Virus record (IMG/VR): IMGVR_UViG_3300037722_000889
Span: 1 to 64,000 of that record
Strand: one strand, 5' to 3'
Length of the DNA: 64,000 nt
DNA from: a virus
Lineage: Duplodnaviria; Caudoviricetes
This document shows positions 9,863-18,723 of this stretch, piece after piece (position 1 is the stretch's first letter; each line of letters begins with the position of its first letter). The notes under the pieces were generated by a model that was not told the origin of the DNA, made no database searches, and worked only from the letters and a program-made list of their open reading frames with translations. The translations under genes were made by a program, and so were the position numbers.

Positions 9863-10506
9863 GTAATGCTCTCCTCAATGAGAGATTGAATCAGGCCGCT
9901 GTCTTCCGGGTTCCTTGCTGCGAGTTCCTGCACGCGCGGCAGTGGTATGCCGTGTAGTTCCGCCAGGTCTCGCAGAGTGAACACAGCGGTACCGACCACT
10001 ACTTTACGACTCGCAGCCTGCGTCTGTACCAGGCGGATGTTCGTCGTCGAGTAAGGCGCGCGTGGGTCGGGCCGCACCAGCTTCCACCTGTGCAGGCTGG
10101 TTGGTCGCGGCAACGGCCACAGTGCCCGGATTAGGTTGGCGGCGGCTCGCGACTGGTCAGCCGTTGGCAGGGTGTACTGTGCCTTCCCGCCAAGTTCCCC
10201 GGCCACCTTGTGCGGGCTGCTCTTGAGCAGCTTCTTGAGAAGGGACATAGCCTTGCGCTCAAGAGGACCGTTCAACAGGAATGGCAGATCCTCTCCTGGG
10301 TTGGCGTGTTGCTCACAGGTGCAGACCCGGCCGCATCCACGGTTCATGGCGCGGCGGCGCGCGATCTCGTAGCCGGCCAGGATTACTTTCTCCCCGCACC
10401 GGCACCTGCACAGGTGCTCGCCCTTGGTCACAGGCCTTACCACCGATAGCAGGGGAGGAGGCGGACAGCTGATCCGTTCCGCCAAGACGTCCAGCGCGCT
10501 AAACAC
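9859..10506 (-). CDS. Degenerate HNH-endonuclease-like protein
   Basis: GTG start overlaps the kinase stop. CRCRCG N-terminal motif, LVRPDPRAPYSTTNIRLV (HNH-like but lacking the His) and an HTH-like TLRDLAELHGIP tail. Confidence 0.5.
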   Translation of the reverse strand: MFSALDVLAERISCPPPPLLSVVRPVTKGEHLCRCRCGEKVILAGYEIARRRAMNRGCGRVCTCEQHANPGEDLPFLLNGPLERKAMSLLKKLLKSSPHKVAGELGGKAQYTLPTADQSRAAANLIRALWPLPRPTSLHRWKLVRPDPRAPYSTTNIRLVQTQAASRKVVVGTAVFTLRDLAELHGIPLPRVQELAARNPEDSGLIQSLIEESIT

Positions 10507-11047
10507 GCTGCGCGTCCCCGCCGGCCAGGAAGTCCACATGGGCGTGCAGGTCCTGCAGGCTGCCGTTGTTGTTGACCTCGATGTCCCCGGGCAGAACAGC
10601 AAGCCCGGATTCACTGGCGTGCGCGGCCACGGCATCGATCCCGTCCCGGCGCAGGTGCACGACCGTCCCGCCCTGCGAACGCACCCAGGCCGCCTCGTTC
10701 TCGAACCGGCAGTCCGAGATAGCCAGTCCGTCGAACAGACGGTCAGCCACGAGGCGCTTCCACTGCATCTCGGCCACTCGCAGCCATACGTCATCGGCCA
10801 CGCACTGGCGGCCCCATTCCGTGCCCAGGGTCTGCATCAGCTGGCGAGGCGACTTGCCCAGCCACTCGATTTCGGTTTCCTTCTCACTGCCTTCAAGCTG
10901 TTCCCAGTCCAGGCCGAACATGGCGGCCAGGCCGACCTTGATCGGCTGTGCGAACTTGTACAGGGCGTACTGGTGGCGGGTGATCAGTCTCATGGCGGCG
11001 GCATCTTTGCCCGCCCCAGCTTTACCGGCGAATGCGATCAGCTTCAT
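10499..11047 (-). CDS. Deoxynucleoside monophosphate kinase
   Basis: GKAGAGKD P-loop, FAQPIK, SPRQLMQTLGTEWGR, ISDCRFENEA, HASE. Confidence 0.92.
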   Translation of the reverse strand: MKLIAFAGKAGAGKDAAAMRLITRHQYALYKFAQPIKVGLAAMFGLDWEQLEGSEKETEIEWLGKSPRQLMQTLGTEWGRQCVADDVWLRVAEMQWKRLVADRLFDGLAISDCRFENEAAWVRSQGGTVVHLRRDGIDAVAAHASESGLAVLPGDIEVNNNGSLQDLHAHVDFLAGGDAQRV

Positions 11048-11056
11048 GCTGGACTC

Positions 11057-11890
11057 CTAGACTGAAAACGGGTGATGAATCGGGGCGTGATGGACGTAGC
11101 CACTGAGCGCGAACTGCTCAGTGGTTGCGGTCTCAAAGTCCTCGAGGGTTTTCAGTCGGCTGTCGATAATCAGCGTGGGCAGGGGAAGCGGATCCCGCTC
11201 CAGCTGCTTGCGCATGCTATCGATCTGGTTCTCGTAGATATGACAGTCACCGCCCATCCACGTCAGCGTGCCGGGAGACAGGCCTGCGATGCGACACAGG
11301 ATGTGCATCAGCAGAGCATAGGAGGCGATGTTGAAGGGCACGCCGAGCGGAAAATCGCAGCTGCGCTGGTACATGGTCAGGTCGAGGCAGCCGGCACGGA
11401 TGTGCGCTTGCGCCAGTAGGTGACATGCTGGCAAGGCCATCTGGTCCAGCTCGCCTGGGTTCCATGCCGTGACGATGTTGCGCCGGTCGTCGACGCCGTT
11501 CTTCAGCTTGTCGACCATGATGGCCAGCTGGTCTACGGTGCCGCCGTCGGGCTTTTGCCAGCCGCGGTGCTGCACCCCATAGATGCGGCCGAGATCCCCG
11601 TCGCCTTTGCAGTTCGGGTTGGCCAACCAGTAGTCGCTGGATGCGTTCGCGTCCCAGATGCCGGTGCCCAGCTCCTGAAAGACGCGCACGTTGTCAGCCC
11701 CTCGGATGAAGGCGAGGAGTTCGGCGACTACGGAATTGAAGTTGAGTTTTTTGGTGGTGAGTGCAGGGAAACCAGCCTGCAAATTGAACTTCATCATCAT
11801 GCCGTGAACGGCTATCGTGGCACCGTTCCGGTTTTCTTTGTACCACCCCTCATCCAGGATGGTTCGACAGGCGTCGAGGTATTGTTGCAT
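11057..11890 (-). CDS. thyA: Thymidylate synthase
   Basis: FPALTTKK, GDLGRIYGVQHR, MALPACH (catalytic Cys), YQRSCDFPLGVPFNIASYALL, GDCHIYENQ. Confidence 0.97.
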   Translation of the reverse strand: MQQYLDACRTILDEGWYKENRNGATIAVHGMMMKFNLQAGFPALTTKKLNFNSVVAELLAFIRGADNVRVFQELGTGIWDANASSDYWLANPNCKGDGDLGRIYGVQHRGWQKPDGGTVDQLAIMVDKLKNGVDDRRNIVTAWNPGELDQMALPACHLLAQAHIRAGCLDLTMYQRSCDFPLGVPFNIASYALLMHILCRIAGLSPGTLTWMGGDCHIYENQIDSMRKQLERDPLPLPTLIIDSRLKTLEDFETATTEQFALSGYVHHAPIHHPFSV

Positions 11891-11971
11891 GCGTAGTCCC
11901 TCATTGGTTACGCGTTTCTTACAGTGTCGACTGCGTATAGCGGCTCCTTATTGAGCCACAGCGACCGCGGT

Positions 11972-12000
11972 AAAAGACTGCCCGGTCTGGCCGGGCAGCC
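11972..12000 (-). terminator. Rho-independent terminator
   Basis: Minus strand reads GGCTGCCCGG-CCAGA-CCGGGCAG followed by TCTTTT. Confidence 0.65.
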
Positions 12001-12006
12001 TGAGTG

Positions 12007-12294
12007 CTACTGTACTTCTTCTGCTGCTTTGATCAGCTGGGCGTCCAGGTCGGCAAAGGCCTTGTAATCGATCGCCGCGATGGCGTCGGCATCTTCCTTC
12101 GACAACTCCACCCACAGCGAGCCATCCTTCATGGCGCTGCTGACTGCTTCCATCCACTGTAGGGCCTTGGCCGTGTTCTTCAGCACGTACGCATAATGCT
12201 GCGCGGCGTTCAGAACGGCATCAACCAGGATCAACCAGCCTGTGTCGTCGGGCGCACCCGGCTTCCTGCGAAACTGCACTACGTTGTCACTCAA
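12007..12294 (-). CDS. Hypothetical protein
   Basis: 95 aa, GGAGGT SD. Confidence 0.75.
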   Translation of the reverse strand: MSDNVVQFRRKPGAPDDTGWLILVDAVLNAAQHYAYVLKNTAKALQWMEAVSSAMKDGSLWVELSKEDADAIAAIDYKAFADLDAQLIKAAEEVQ

Positions 12295-12377
12295 TGGCCA
12301 CCTCCTGTTTTCTTTTACACATTACACCTTTCGTCGCGTTTTCACAACCGCGACATTTCTCCTGCAAAATGCACGGC

Positions 12378-12653
12378 TTAGGCAGCCCGTGACTTGTCCT
12401 CGAAGACATGGAACACGCACAGCCCGCCGTCCAGCTGGAACGTGGCCACGTACTCTCCCGGGTCATCGGGCATCGGTTCCCCGGTGCCATAGATTGCGAT
12501 GTGCCGCGGCTCCTTGGGCGCAGTATGCTCACACAGCGCCCAGAGGCATACCATGCCCTCTCCCTGCACCTGCACGTCCAGCAGCTTGGCGCCTGCCGGC
12601 AACATCAGGGTCTGCCAATCAGTGACACGCAGGTCCCACTTCCAAATTCGCAT
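12378..12653 (-). CDS. Conserved phage hypothetical protein
   Basis: MRIWKWDL...IAIYGTGEPM...YVATFQL...VFHVFE, a recurrent small beta-rich phage family. Confidence 0.75.
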   Translation of the reverse strand: MRIWKWDLRVTDWQTLMLPAGAKLLDVQVQGEGMVCLWALCEHTAPKEPRHIAIYGTGEPMPDDPGEYVATFQLDGGLCVFHVFEDKSRAA

Positions 12654-12663
12654 AGTTATTCTC

Positions 12664-13167
12664 CTACGTTGCGTTAGCGCCAAACTTAGCGACGGCCTTG
12701 AAGATCCGTTCCCAAGCCGCCGGGTTGTCTACGTCGTGCTCGCTGTCGGTAAGCCCGGCCTCGCTCACGTGCCGGATGATCAGGCTGGGCGTCTTGCTGA
12801 CCACGAGGTCACGCCCGCCGCCGAACCCCGGGAACACTTCCTTGGGCATCAGGATGAACACCTGATAGGTATGGCCGTCTTCAGTGGTATGCTGGTAGAT
12901 CGGTTCTTTCCCGGTGTCCGGCACCCACAAATCTTGCCTGCGGACCCCTTTCACGGTGGTCACATGGTTTGTGACGGTGTAGCGGGTAATCCCGTCGCCA
13001 GATTCTGGCTCCACGGCAACGACCTTCCACCTGTTTGGCCCCTGATGCGACAGCCCATAATCGAACCTGACTTTCTGACCCACCTTAAACTTGCTCGTGT
13101 GATCGGACTCCTCCAGTTCCTCCAGGGTACGAGGTACCTGGGCCGGCCCATGATCGTGCTCTGGCAT
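12664..13167 (-). CDS. Hypothetical protein (N-terminal SH3-like motif KFKVGQKV)
   Basis: ORF with GGAGAG SD. Confidence 0.7.
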   Translation of the reverse strand: MPEHDHGPAQVPRTLEELEESDHTSKFKVGQKVRFDYGLSHQGPNRWKVVAVEPESGDGITRYTVTNHVTTVKGVRRQDLWVPDTGKEPIYQHTTEDGHTYQVFILMPKEVFPGFGGGRDLVVSKTPSLIIRHVSEAGLTDSEHDVDNPAAWERIFKAVAKFGANAT

Positions 13168-13220
13168 TTCAGCTCTCCTAAGTAGATGCGCCATCCCTGG
13201 CGCGAAGTTTCTGGGATTTG

Positions 13221-14564
13221 TTACGCGGCCCGTGCCTTGTCCTTGTCGTCACGGAACCGCACGAAGCGTGGATGGCGCAGGCTGCCGTCCGGGGTCTTCT
13301 CGTGGTACTGGACCTCGATCAGCCTGCCCTTGAGTCGGCCCAGCGAGTTCCAGTCAATGAAGGTTCTGGACTGCGCCTCGAATTCCAGATCCATCTGCCA
13401 CGCGTCCCAGAACTCCTTGCGCTGCTGGTCGCTGAACCCGCCGCCCACGCGCACCTCGACCCCGTCGACGTCTACGATGACGCCACCGAGCATGCCTTCA
13501 TACTTGCCCGTGCCCTCGAAGGCGCCGACGATCCGAGCCTCGACCGACTGCTCGCCCTTGATCTTCATCCACGCATGGTTGCGCGTGCAGACGTACCGGC
13601 CTGCCGGGTTCTTGACGATCACGCCTTCCCCGCCCTTATCGAACACCTGTCGGTACAGCTCCCGGATCTCGTCCACGGTGTAGGCCAGGGTGTAGGGCAG
13701 GAGCTTGATGGGGCCGTCCGAGAACAGCTCGCCGAACAGCGCGTCCAGCCACTTACGGTCCTCCTCGATGGTAGCGGTGCTGCTGCCAGACAGAAAGTCT
13801 CGCAGGGTGAGACCGTGGAATACGTGGTACTCAGCGTCCGTGGCTTCCGTATCCTTCTTCCTGACCTGGCGGACTGTGTCGAGGAACGAGCCTGACACTA
13901 CCTCGCCGTCGAACACCAGCTGCTCGATGCCGTCCACTCCATCCGCAATCAGCTGCACGTGCCGGCTCATGACCTTCTCGAACATCGGAGCCTTCAGATG
14001 CTCGAAGCTGGTGAACTCGTTGCCGTTGCGGGAGAAGAACTTCACGGTCTCGCTGGGCAGGTCGACGAAGCACAGGGTGCGCACACCGTCCAGCTTCTCC
14101 TCCACCATGACCGGCAGCTTGCATTTCTCCAGCCGCTTGTCCTCGAACTTGTGCGCCAGCATGCAATCGAAGGTCGGGATGATGCGCTTGACCTGGTTCA
14201 CGGTGTTGGCGGTGAATCCGGCGCGCAGGTCCTTGGTGATAATGCGCCACAGCAGCTGGGCAGAGGCTGCCGACAGACGGGACAGCTCCTTGGACACCGC
14301 GACGCCCGCAGCGTTGCCAGACAGCTCACGCGAGGCCAGGCAGCGGAGCAGGTTCCACGTGCTGGCGTCGAATACCTCGCCCTCGTCAGCGGTGTCGAAC
14401 ACAGGCAGCCTGGCGATACCGTAGGTGGTGAAGGGGTCGTAGGCCGCGCGGAGCACGCGCTCGAAAATGTCGTGGTCGATGTACTGCAGCATGACAACCT
14501 TCTTTTGGTTGCCCTTGGCGTTCTCGATTTCAGTCAGGGCACGGAATACGTGGTCACTGTTCAT
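13221..14564 (-). CDS. ATP-dependent DNA ligase
   Basis: EEKLDGVR (KxDG), FDGEV, EGVIVK, WMKIK, LRHPRF. Confidence 0.96.
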   Translation of the reverse strand: MNSDHVFRALTEIENAKGNQKKVVMLQYIDHDIFERVLRAAYDPFTTYGIARLPVFDTADEGEVFDASTWNLLRCLASRELSGNAAGVAVSKELSRLSAASAQLLWRIITKDLRAGFTANTVNQVKRIIPTFDCMLAHKFEDKRLEKCKLPVMVEEKLDGVRTLCFVDLPSETVKFFSRNGNEFTSFEHLKAPMFEKVMSRHVQLIADGVDGIEQLVFDGEVVSGSFLDTVRQVRKKDTEATDAEYHVFHGLTLRDFLSGSSTATIEEDRKWLDALFGELFSDGPIKLLPYTLAYTVDEIRELYRQVFDKGGEGVIVKNPAGRYVCTRNHAWMKIKGEQSVEARIVGAFEGTGKYEGMLGGVIVDVDGVEVRVGGGFSDQQRKEFWDAWQMDLEFEAQSRTFIDWNSLGRLKGRLIEVQYHEKTPDGSLRHPRFVRFRDDKDKARAA

Positions 14565-14573
14565 GTGGCTACC

Positions 14574-15191
14574 TCAATGTAGTTTGTAACTGACGTTCTT
14601 GACGCTGCGGTCCCAACAGGCACGGCAGTCTTTGCACTGGCCACCCTGCGTGGGCGCCAGACACTCGTGACCCTGCGGAGGCTTCTCGGCATGGATCGTG
14701 GAGGTGTTCGGGAAGAACAGCAGAGGCTTCTGATCGACCATGGGCGAGGACACTCGCACGACCAGGTTGTCCGGCAGCTTACCCAGGTACTGGCGGATCA
14801 GGCCGTATTCCTTGGTCGGCAGCCAGTGCTGCGTCTCGGGAGTCTGGCGTGCGACCTCGATGATGTTCTCGAGGTGCCACGCGCCCTGCAGGTCGCCACT
14901 GTCGAACCAGCGGAAGTGGGGCTGGCGCTTCACCAGGAACACCATGGCATCGACCCATTGCGGGTGATGCAGGGCTTCCATGCGGCGGAACATGGCCTCC
15001 ACGACGGGGGACATGCGATAGCGGCCTTTCAGGGCGTAGCAGTCTTCACAAGCACTGCCGGGGATCAGGGCCAGCTTCGCGCCGGTGACGCAGGCGGAAG
15101 CGGGAAGGCTGATGGATTTGCACGGCATCTTGCCCGTACTGGACAAGCCGCCGACGATCTCTTCGGCTTGACGAACTCGGGTCACCCTCAT
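14574..15191 (-). CDS. Cys-rich phage protein (gp88-like)
   Basis: SSTGKMPC, CEDCYALKG, FRWFDSGD, HWLPTKE, C-terminal CKDCRACW. Confidence 0.7.
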   Translation of the reverse strand: MRVTRVRQAEEIVGGLSSTGKMPCKSISLPASACVTGAKLALIPGSACEDCYALKGRYRMSPVVEAMFRRMEALHHPQWVDAMVFLVKRQPHFRWFDSGDLQGAWHLENIIEVARQTPETQHWLPTKEYGLIRQYLGKLPDNLVVRVSSPMVDQKPLLFFPNTSTIHAEKPPQGHECLAPTQGGQCKDCRACWDRSVKNVSYKLH

Positions 15192-15221
15192 TGGTGGCCT
15201 CCTTATGTCCTCGTTGACAGG

Positions 15222-15578
15222 CTAGGCGGTCATCTCCAGCATGTAGTCGTACACGGTGGTAACCAGGAACTGCTTGGTCCTGTAGTCGTAGAGCAGGGTG
15301 GGTTCTCCGGCATCGCGTCGGCACACGTACGCAGCCAGGGGCTGCTCTCGGCCAGGTGAGTAGGCCTCGATGACGCCACTGCCGTCCAGGTATTGGTTAA
15401 TTGCGTTCAGAACTTTGGTCGTTTGAACCGGCAGGTTCAGGCCTTGCAGCGCCCATACTTCCACGCCGTGCACGTTGTCTGGATTGATGCGCCCCTCGAT
15501 GAGCCCAAGTATCCGATCTGCTGTTGACGGAGCTACGCCGAGCCCGCTACGAATTGTCCTCATTGACAAGTTCGACAT
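15222..15578 (-). CDS. Hypothetical protein
   Basis: 118-aa ORF with GGAG SD. Confidence 0.7.
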   Translation of the reverse strand: MSNLSMRTIRSGLGVAPSTADRILGLIEGRINPDNVHGVEVWALQGLNLPVQTTKVLNAINQYLDGSGVIEAYSPGREQPLAAYVCRRDAGEPTLLYDYRTKQFLVTTVYDYMLEMTA

Positions 15579-16140
15579 GCTTCATTTCTCCCCATGGGAA
15601 ACTATAGTCGTAGAACAAACACATCTGCGGATCCTCTTGACCGGCAGGTTTATTGAAGTGCTGCAGTATCACGTACCACTCTCTTCCTGCCTCTTCGACA
15701 GAGGCTCGGCAATCGGCGTGAGATAGTTCCACGCCTTTGGCGCAGGCGATGGCCTCGTACTTGGTACCGTATTTGACGATGGTAACGGGGTCGTCTACGT
15801 CAGAGAACTGATCAGGGCAGTCCAGCTCAGCTGACTCCAACACATCAGACGGGCGTAACGAGTAATACGCAACGATGCCGGCCTTGGCCATGTTGCGGTA
15901 CAGTTTTGTGAACGAGGAGGGTCCCTCGCTCAGCTTGGCCTCTACCATCTTCCTGAATGTCTCTTCCCGAAACACCGGCAGGCCGGACTTGGATACCACG
16001 CCCAGTCGGACCTGCTGACCGATCACTCGCACCGGCATGATGGCGATGTCCGTACTAACCATGATTGCCTCACCCACTTTTCGGGTATTGACGATCATGC
16101 CGCCGTACTCCTCTTTGAGTCTGCGTTCAGTGTCTTTCAC
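15547..16140 (-). CDS. csrA: CsrA/RsmA-like domain fused to an unknown C-terminal domain
   Basis: MIVNTRKVGEAIMVSTDIAIMPVRVIGQQVRLGVVSKSGLPVFREETFRKM aligns by eye with CsrA (MLILTRRVGE..IGD..V....GNQVRIG..APKEV.VHREEIY). Confidence 0.75.
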   Translation of the reverse strand: MKDTERRLKEEYGGMIVNTRKVGEAIMVSTDIAIMPVRVIGQQVRLGVVSKSGLPVFREETFRKMVEAKLSEGPSSFTKLYRNMAKAGIVAYYSLRPSDVLESAELDCPDQFSDVDDPVTIVKYGTKYEAIACAKGVELSHADCRASVEEAGREWYVILQHFNKPAGQEDPQMCLFYDYSFPWGEMKHVELVNEDNS

Positions 16141-16210
16141 AATTTACTCCTGGGCTCGCGTTGAGCCATTATTTTATTAGCGGCCGGGGTCTGGGGCCTC
16201 CCTCTACAAG

Positions 16211-16519
16211 TCAGCCATATAGCCCGGATTCAAAGCCTTCGGCGGCTACTGCGTCCTCTTCGAACACCTCATCAGCATGCACGATTGCCAGCGCAAGCAG
16301 CGCCACCGGGTCTCCATTTCCCGCTGCGGCTTGCACTGCTGAATAGGCGTGGTCTTCATCTGCGAAAGCCGGGCATCCACTGCACTCGGCCGGGCAGATG
16401 ACGTAAGCGTACAAGTCCTCCTCCTCTTCCACCGCCAGCGCCCATCCCTGGGCAGCGGCGATCTTTTCATGCCGCGTGGTCCAAAACAATGCGGTCCCTA
16501 CGTACAGCTTTCGTGTCAC
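16211..16519 (-). CDS. Hypothetical protein
   Basis: 102-aa acidic ORF with GTGA overlap. Confidence 0.65.
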   Translation of the reverse strand: MTRKLYVGTALFWTTRHEKIAAAQGWALAVEEEEDLYAYVICPAECSGCPAFADEDHAYSAVQAAAGNGDPVALLALAIVHADEVFEEDAVAAEGFESGLYG

Positions 16520-16767
16520 GGTACGTCACCATATTCAACTATTTCCCCAGTTTCATCAAGCCAAAACAATACTGCTACGTACCCCTGCATAGTTTTGTGT
16601 GCTTCCAGCAGCACCTGCTTTCCTACAAGGCTTTCAGCGATGGGGTGCGTAGTACTAAACGCCATCGCCGTGATGAATATTCCAAATCCAAGGTCCACGT
16701 CTGCAACTACACTCTGCTGCGTCACATCTCGGACCACGGCTCTATACTGGTAAAGTGGTGTCAACAC
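16516..16767 (-). CDS. Hypothetical protein, SNase/OB-fold-like fragment
   Basis: YQYRAVVRDV...ADVDLGFGI resembles the phage thermonuclease N-terminus but lacks DGDT. Confidence 0.5.
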   Translation of the reverse strand: MLTPLYQYRAVVRDVTQQSVVADVDLGFGIFITAMAFSTTHPIAESLVGKQVLLEAHKTMQGYVAVLFWLDETGEIVEYGDVP

Positions 16768-16941
16768 GTTAAATCCCCTGCGTAATGTTCACATTTATGC
16801 ACTTAGGGCATTGTCTTCAGACATTGCATCACCGTCGACGCCCATGCACTTGTTTTATTTCGACTGTCGCGACCTCCTTTATTTGATTCTCTTCCTCATG
16901 AAGACTGCCGCGTAGGTCGAGAACTGGTTATACCTTCAAAC

Positions 16942-17352
16942 TTATGTCGCCGCAACCCGACACATCGCAGGGGGTACCGGCAGGTGCGGGCCGGCGTTCG
17001 GCCCGAGGTACTCGGCAACCGCCTGGTCAAGTACTTGCGACAACCAGCCTTCCTTTATGGCCAGCTTCTGCAGGTCCTGCTCCACGTCGGAGTACGTGAG
17101 TTTGGGGTCTCCGCGACTCTGCCACGTCAGGATTTTGACGAGGAAATCATACTGTCGGTTCGCGGTACTGAACCAGTGCTCATAGAACATGGATCGGTTG
17201 AAGTGCAGGGACAGGCCGTACATGGTGCCGAGCCTGCGATAGAACCACTTCGGAAAGTCCTCCTCCCGGTACCCGCCGGTGACGAATTTATAGAACTGGG
17301 TGCGGAACGACATCTTGTCCGCGACACTGCTGCGCTTGGTTGGAACGTACAT
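16942..17352 (-). CDS. Conserved phage hypothetical protein
   Basis: FPKWFYRRL...FYEHWF...GDPKLTYSDVE. Confidence 0.75.
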   Translation of the reverse strand: MYVPTKRSSVADKMSFRTQFYKFVTGGYREEDFPKWFYRRLGTMYGLSLHFNRSMFYEHWFSTANRQYDFLVKILTWQSRGDPKLTYSDVEQDLQKLAIKEGWLSQVLDQAVAEYLGPNAGPHLPVPPAMCRVAAT

Positions 17353-17361
17353 GCGTAACCC

Positions 17362-17592
17362 TCACTGGTTAAGTAGCTTCTGGCGTACTCGGTAGTTGAA
17401 TAGCCGCCTCCACACGTACGACCGGATGACGGAGACGACGGTAAAGATTGATGTAATGCCCAGGTTCTCCAGCATCTTCGTCTCGATGTTGTATAGCGGA
17501 CCTACAATGTAGATCCACACCAGCAGCGAGATGAAGAACCCGGACCCGATGTTCAGGCCAGACTCGATGGCGGACTCAAGCCTGGACTGCAC
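17362..17592 (-). CDS. Small two-TM membrane protein
   Basis: MQSRLESAIES..NIGSGF...IRSYVWRRLFN, a recurrent phage membrane family. Confidence 0.8.
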   Translation of the reverse strand: MQSRLESAIESGLNIGSGFFISLLVWIYIVGPLYNIETKMLENLGITSIFTVVSVIRSYVWRRLFNYRVRQKLLNQ

Positions 17593-17794
17593 GATCCGCT
17601 TCCCTGAACGATGCGCAGGTGGTGGCCAGGATCCTGTTCACGCCTGCCGGCTTGAGGTCGACGACGACGCCTGACGGCCCTGTCTTGACGACGACCTCGA
17701 TGTTGCCGATCAGGTTGCTAATCACCCTATTGCGCATCACGGCCCCCTTGGGGTACGCTTGGGGGTTGGCGTTGGTTACTCGATTAAGACTCAT
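17576..17794 (-). CDS. Hypothetical protein
   Basis: 72-aa ORF with GGAGG SD. Confidence 0.65.
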   Translation of the reverse strand: MSLNRVTNANPQAYPKGAVMRNRVISNLIGNIEVVVKTGPSGVVVDLKPAGVNRILATTCASFREADRAVQA

Positions 17795-17795
17795 G

Positions 17796-18314
17796 TCAGT
17801 GGCCTCCTATGGCCTTGGTTATCTTTTTGACCGCCCGTTTAATAATCCAACAGGCATGGCTTTCCGTTATGCCTCGCTCCTCTCCCATCTCCTTCAGTGG
17901 TGTACCCAGCAGCCGCTGTTCCAGCATCTGCCGGTCTCTGAGGCTGAGCAGGGAAATTGCCACCGTCACCTCTTCCCGCAGGGCGAGGTCCTCAGCGGTG
18001 TCCTCGGAAGTCATCGCATGCACCTCCTGGTCAAACGGCACGTGAATCGCGTATGCCCCGTGCCTGGACTCGCGCTGAAACGTCCTGATCTCATCCTGCA
18101 GGGCGCCGGCCAGCACCAGCCGGAAGTACGTATTGAATGAAGCGCCTTGCTCCGGGTCGTACCTCCGGCTGGCCTTCACGAGCGCGATCCTGCCGGCCTG
18201 GATCAGGTCGTCCAGCTCCAGAATTGACGAACGCCACTTCCCTTTGTAGTAGTGGTATCCAGCCGCCTTGCGAATGACGGCGTCGTACTCTTTCAGCAGC
18301 TCTTCGCAGTTCAC
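17796..18314 (-). CDS. RNA polymerase sigma70-family factor (FliA/SigF-like regions 2 and 4)
   Basis: DDLIQAGRIALVKASRRYDPEQGASFNTY (region 2); LSLRDRQMLEQR..GTPLKEMGEERGITESHACWI (region 4 HTH); GTG start overlaps the upstream stop. Confidence 0.85.
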   Translation of the reverse strand: MNCEELLKEYDAVIRKAAGYHYYKGKWRSSILELDDLIQAGRIALVKASRRYDPEQGASFNTYFRLVLAGALQDEIRTFQRESRHGAYAIHVPFDQEVHAMTSEDTAEDLALREEVTVAISLLSLRDRQMLEQRLLGTPLKEMGEERGITESHACWIIKRAVKKITKAIGGH

Positions 18315-18493
18315 GGGGCGTTGGGCGTGGCCACTACGACGGGCAGCGGGTCGCATCCCACGACACACTTCGCCCACCGTTCTGCGTTGCGCGCGGCGAG
18401 GTCGCAACCCGACACCGCCATGACGGCGTAGAACAGCGAGACGAGGATAATTGCTGCGATTAGCGGCACCGGCTCAAACTTGCGCGGCCTCAT
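18311..18493 (-). CDS. Putative lipoprotein
   Basis: MRPRK, a hydrophobic stretch and a VSG-C lipobox. Confidence 0.55.
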   Translation of the reverse strand: MRPRKFEPVPLIAAIILVSLFYAVMAVSGCDLAARNAERWAKCVVGCDPLPVVVATPNAP

Positions 18494-18681
18494 GCTGCTT
18501 CTCCCAGCTTGGCCAGCTCCGCCTTCAGGTGGGCGATACGCTTGCGCTGGGCAATGCCTTTCTCCCAAACCCGGTGGTCATCCGAGTACTCGAAATACTC
18601 GTCATAGTTCTTCACCAGGTCATCCAGCTCCTGCCGCATGGCCTGCACTTCCAGGTCTTCTTGCTTGATCACTGCGCTCAT
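18490..18681 (-). CDS. Hypothetical coiled-coil protein
   Basis: GAGGAGG SD; FEYSDDHRVWEKG motif. Confidence 0.7.
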   Translation of the reverse strand: MSAVIKQEDLEVQAMRQELDDLVKNYDEYFEYSDDHRVWEKGIAQRKRIAHLKAELAKLGEAA

Positions 18682-18723
18682 TGCTAGCCTCCTCATTGAG
18701 GTTTGGATCCTGACATGTCAGGA

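Noticed and set aside
11890-11955. In-frame ATA codon with a strong SD, 16 codons upstream of thyA
   Set aside because: thyA has its own SD and ATG, and ATA initiation is poor; this may be a remnant.
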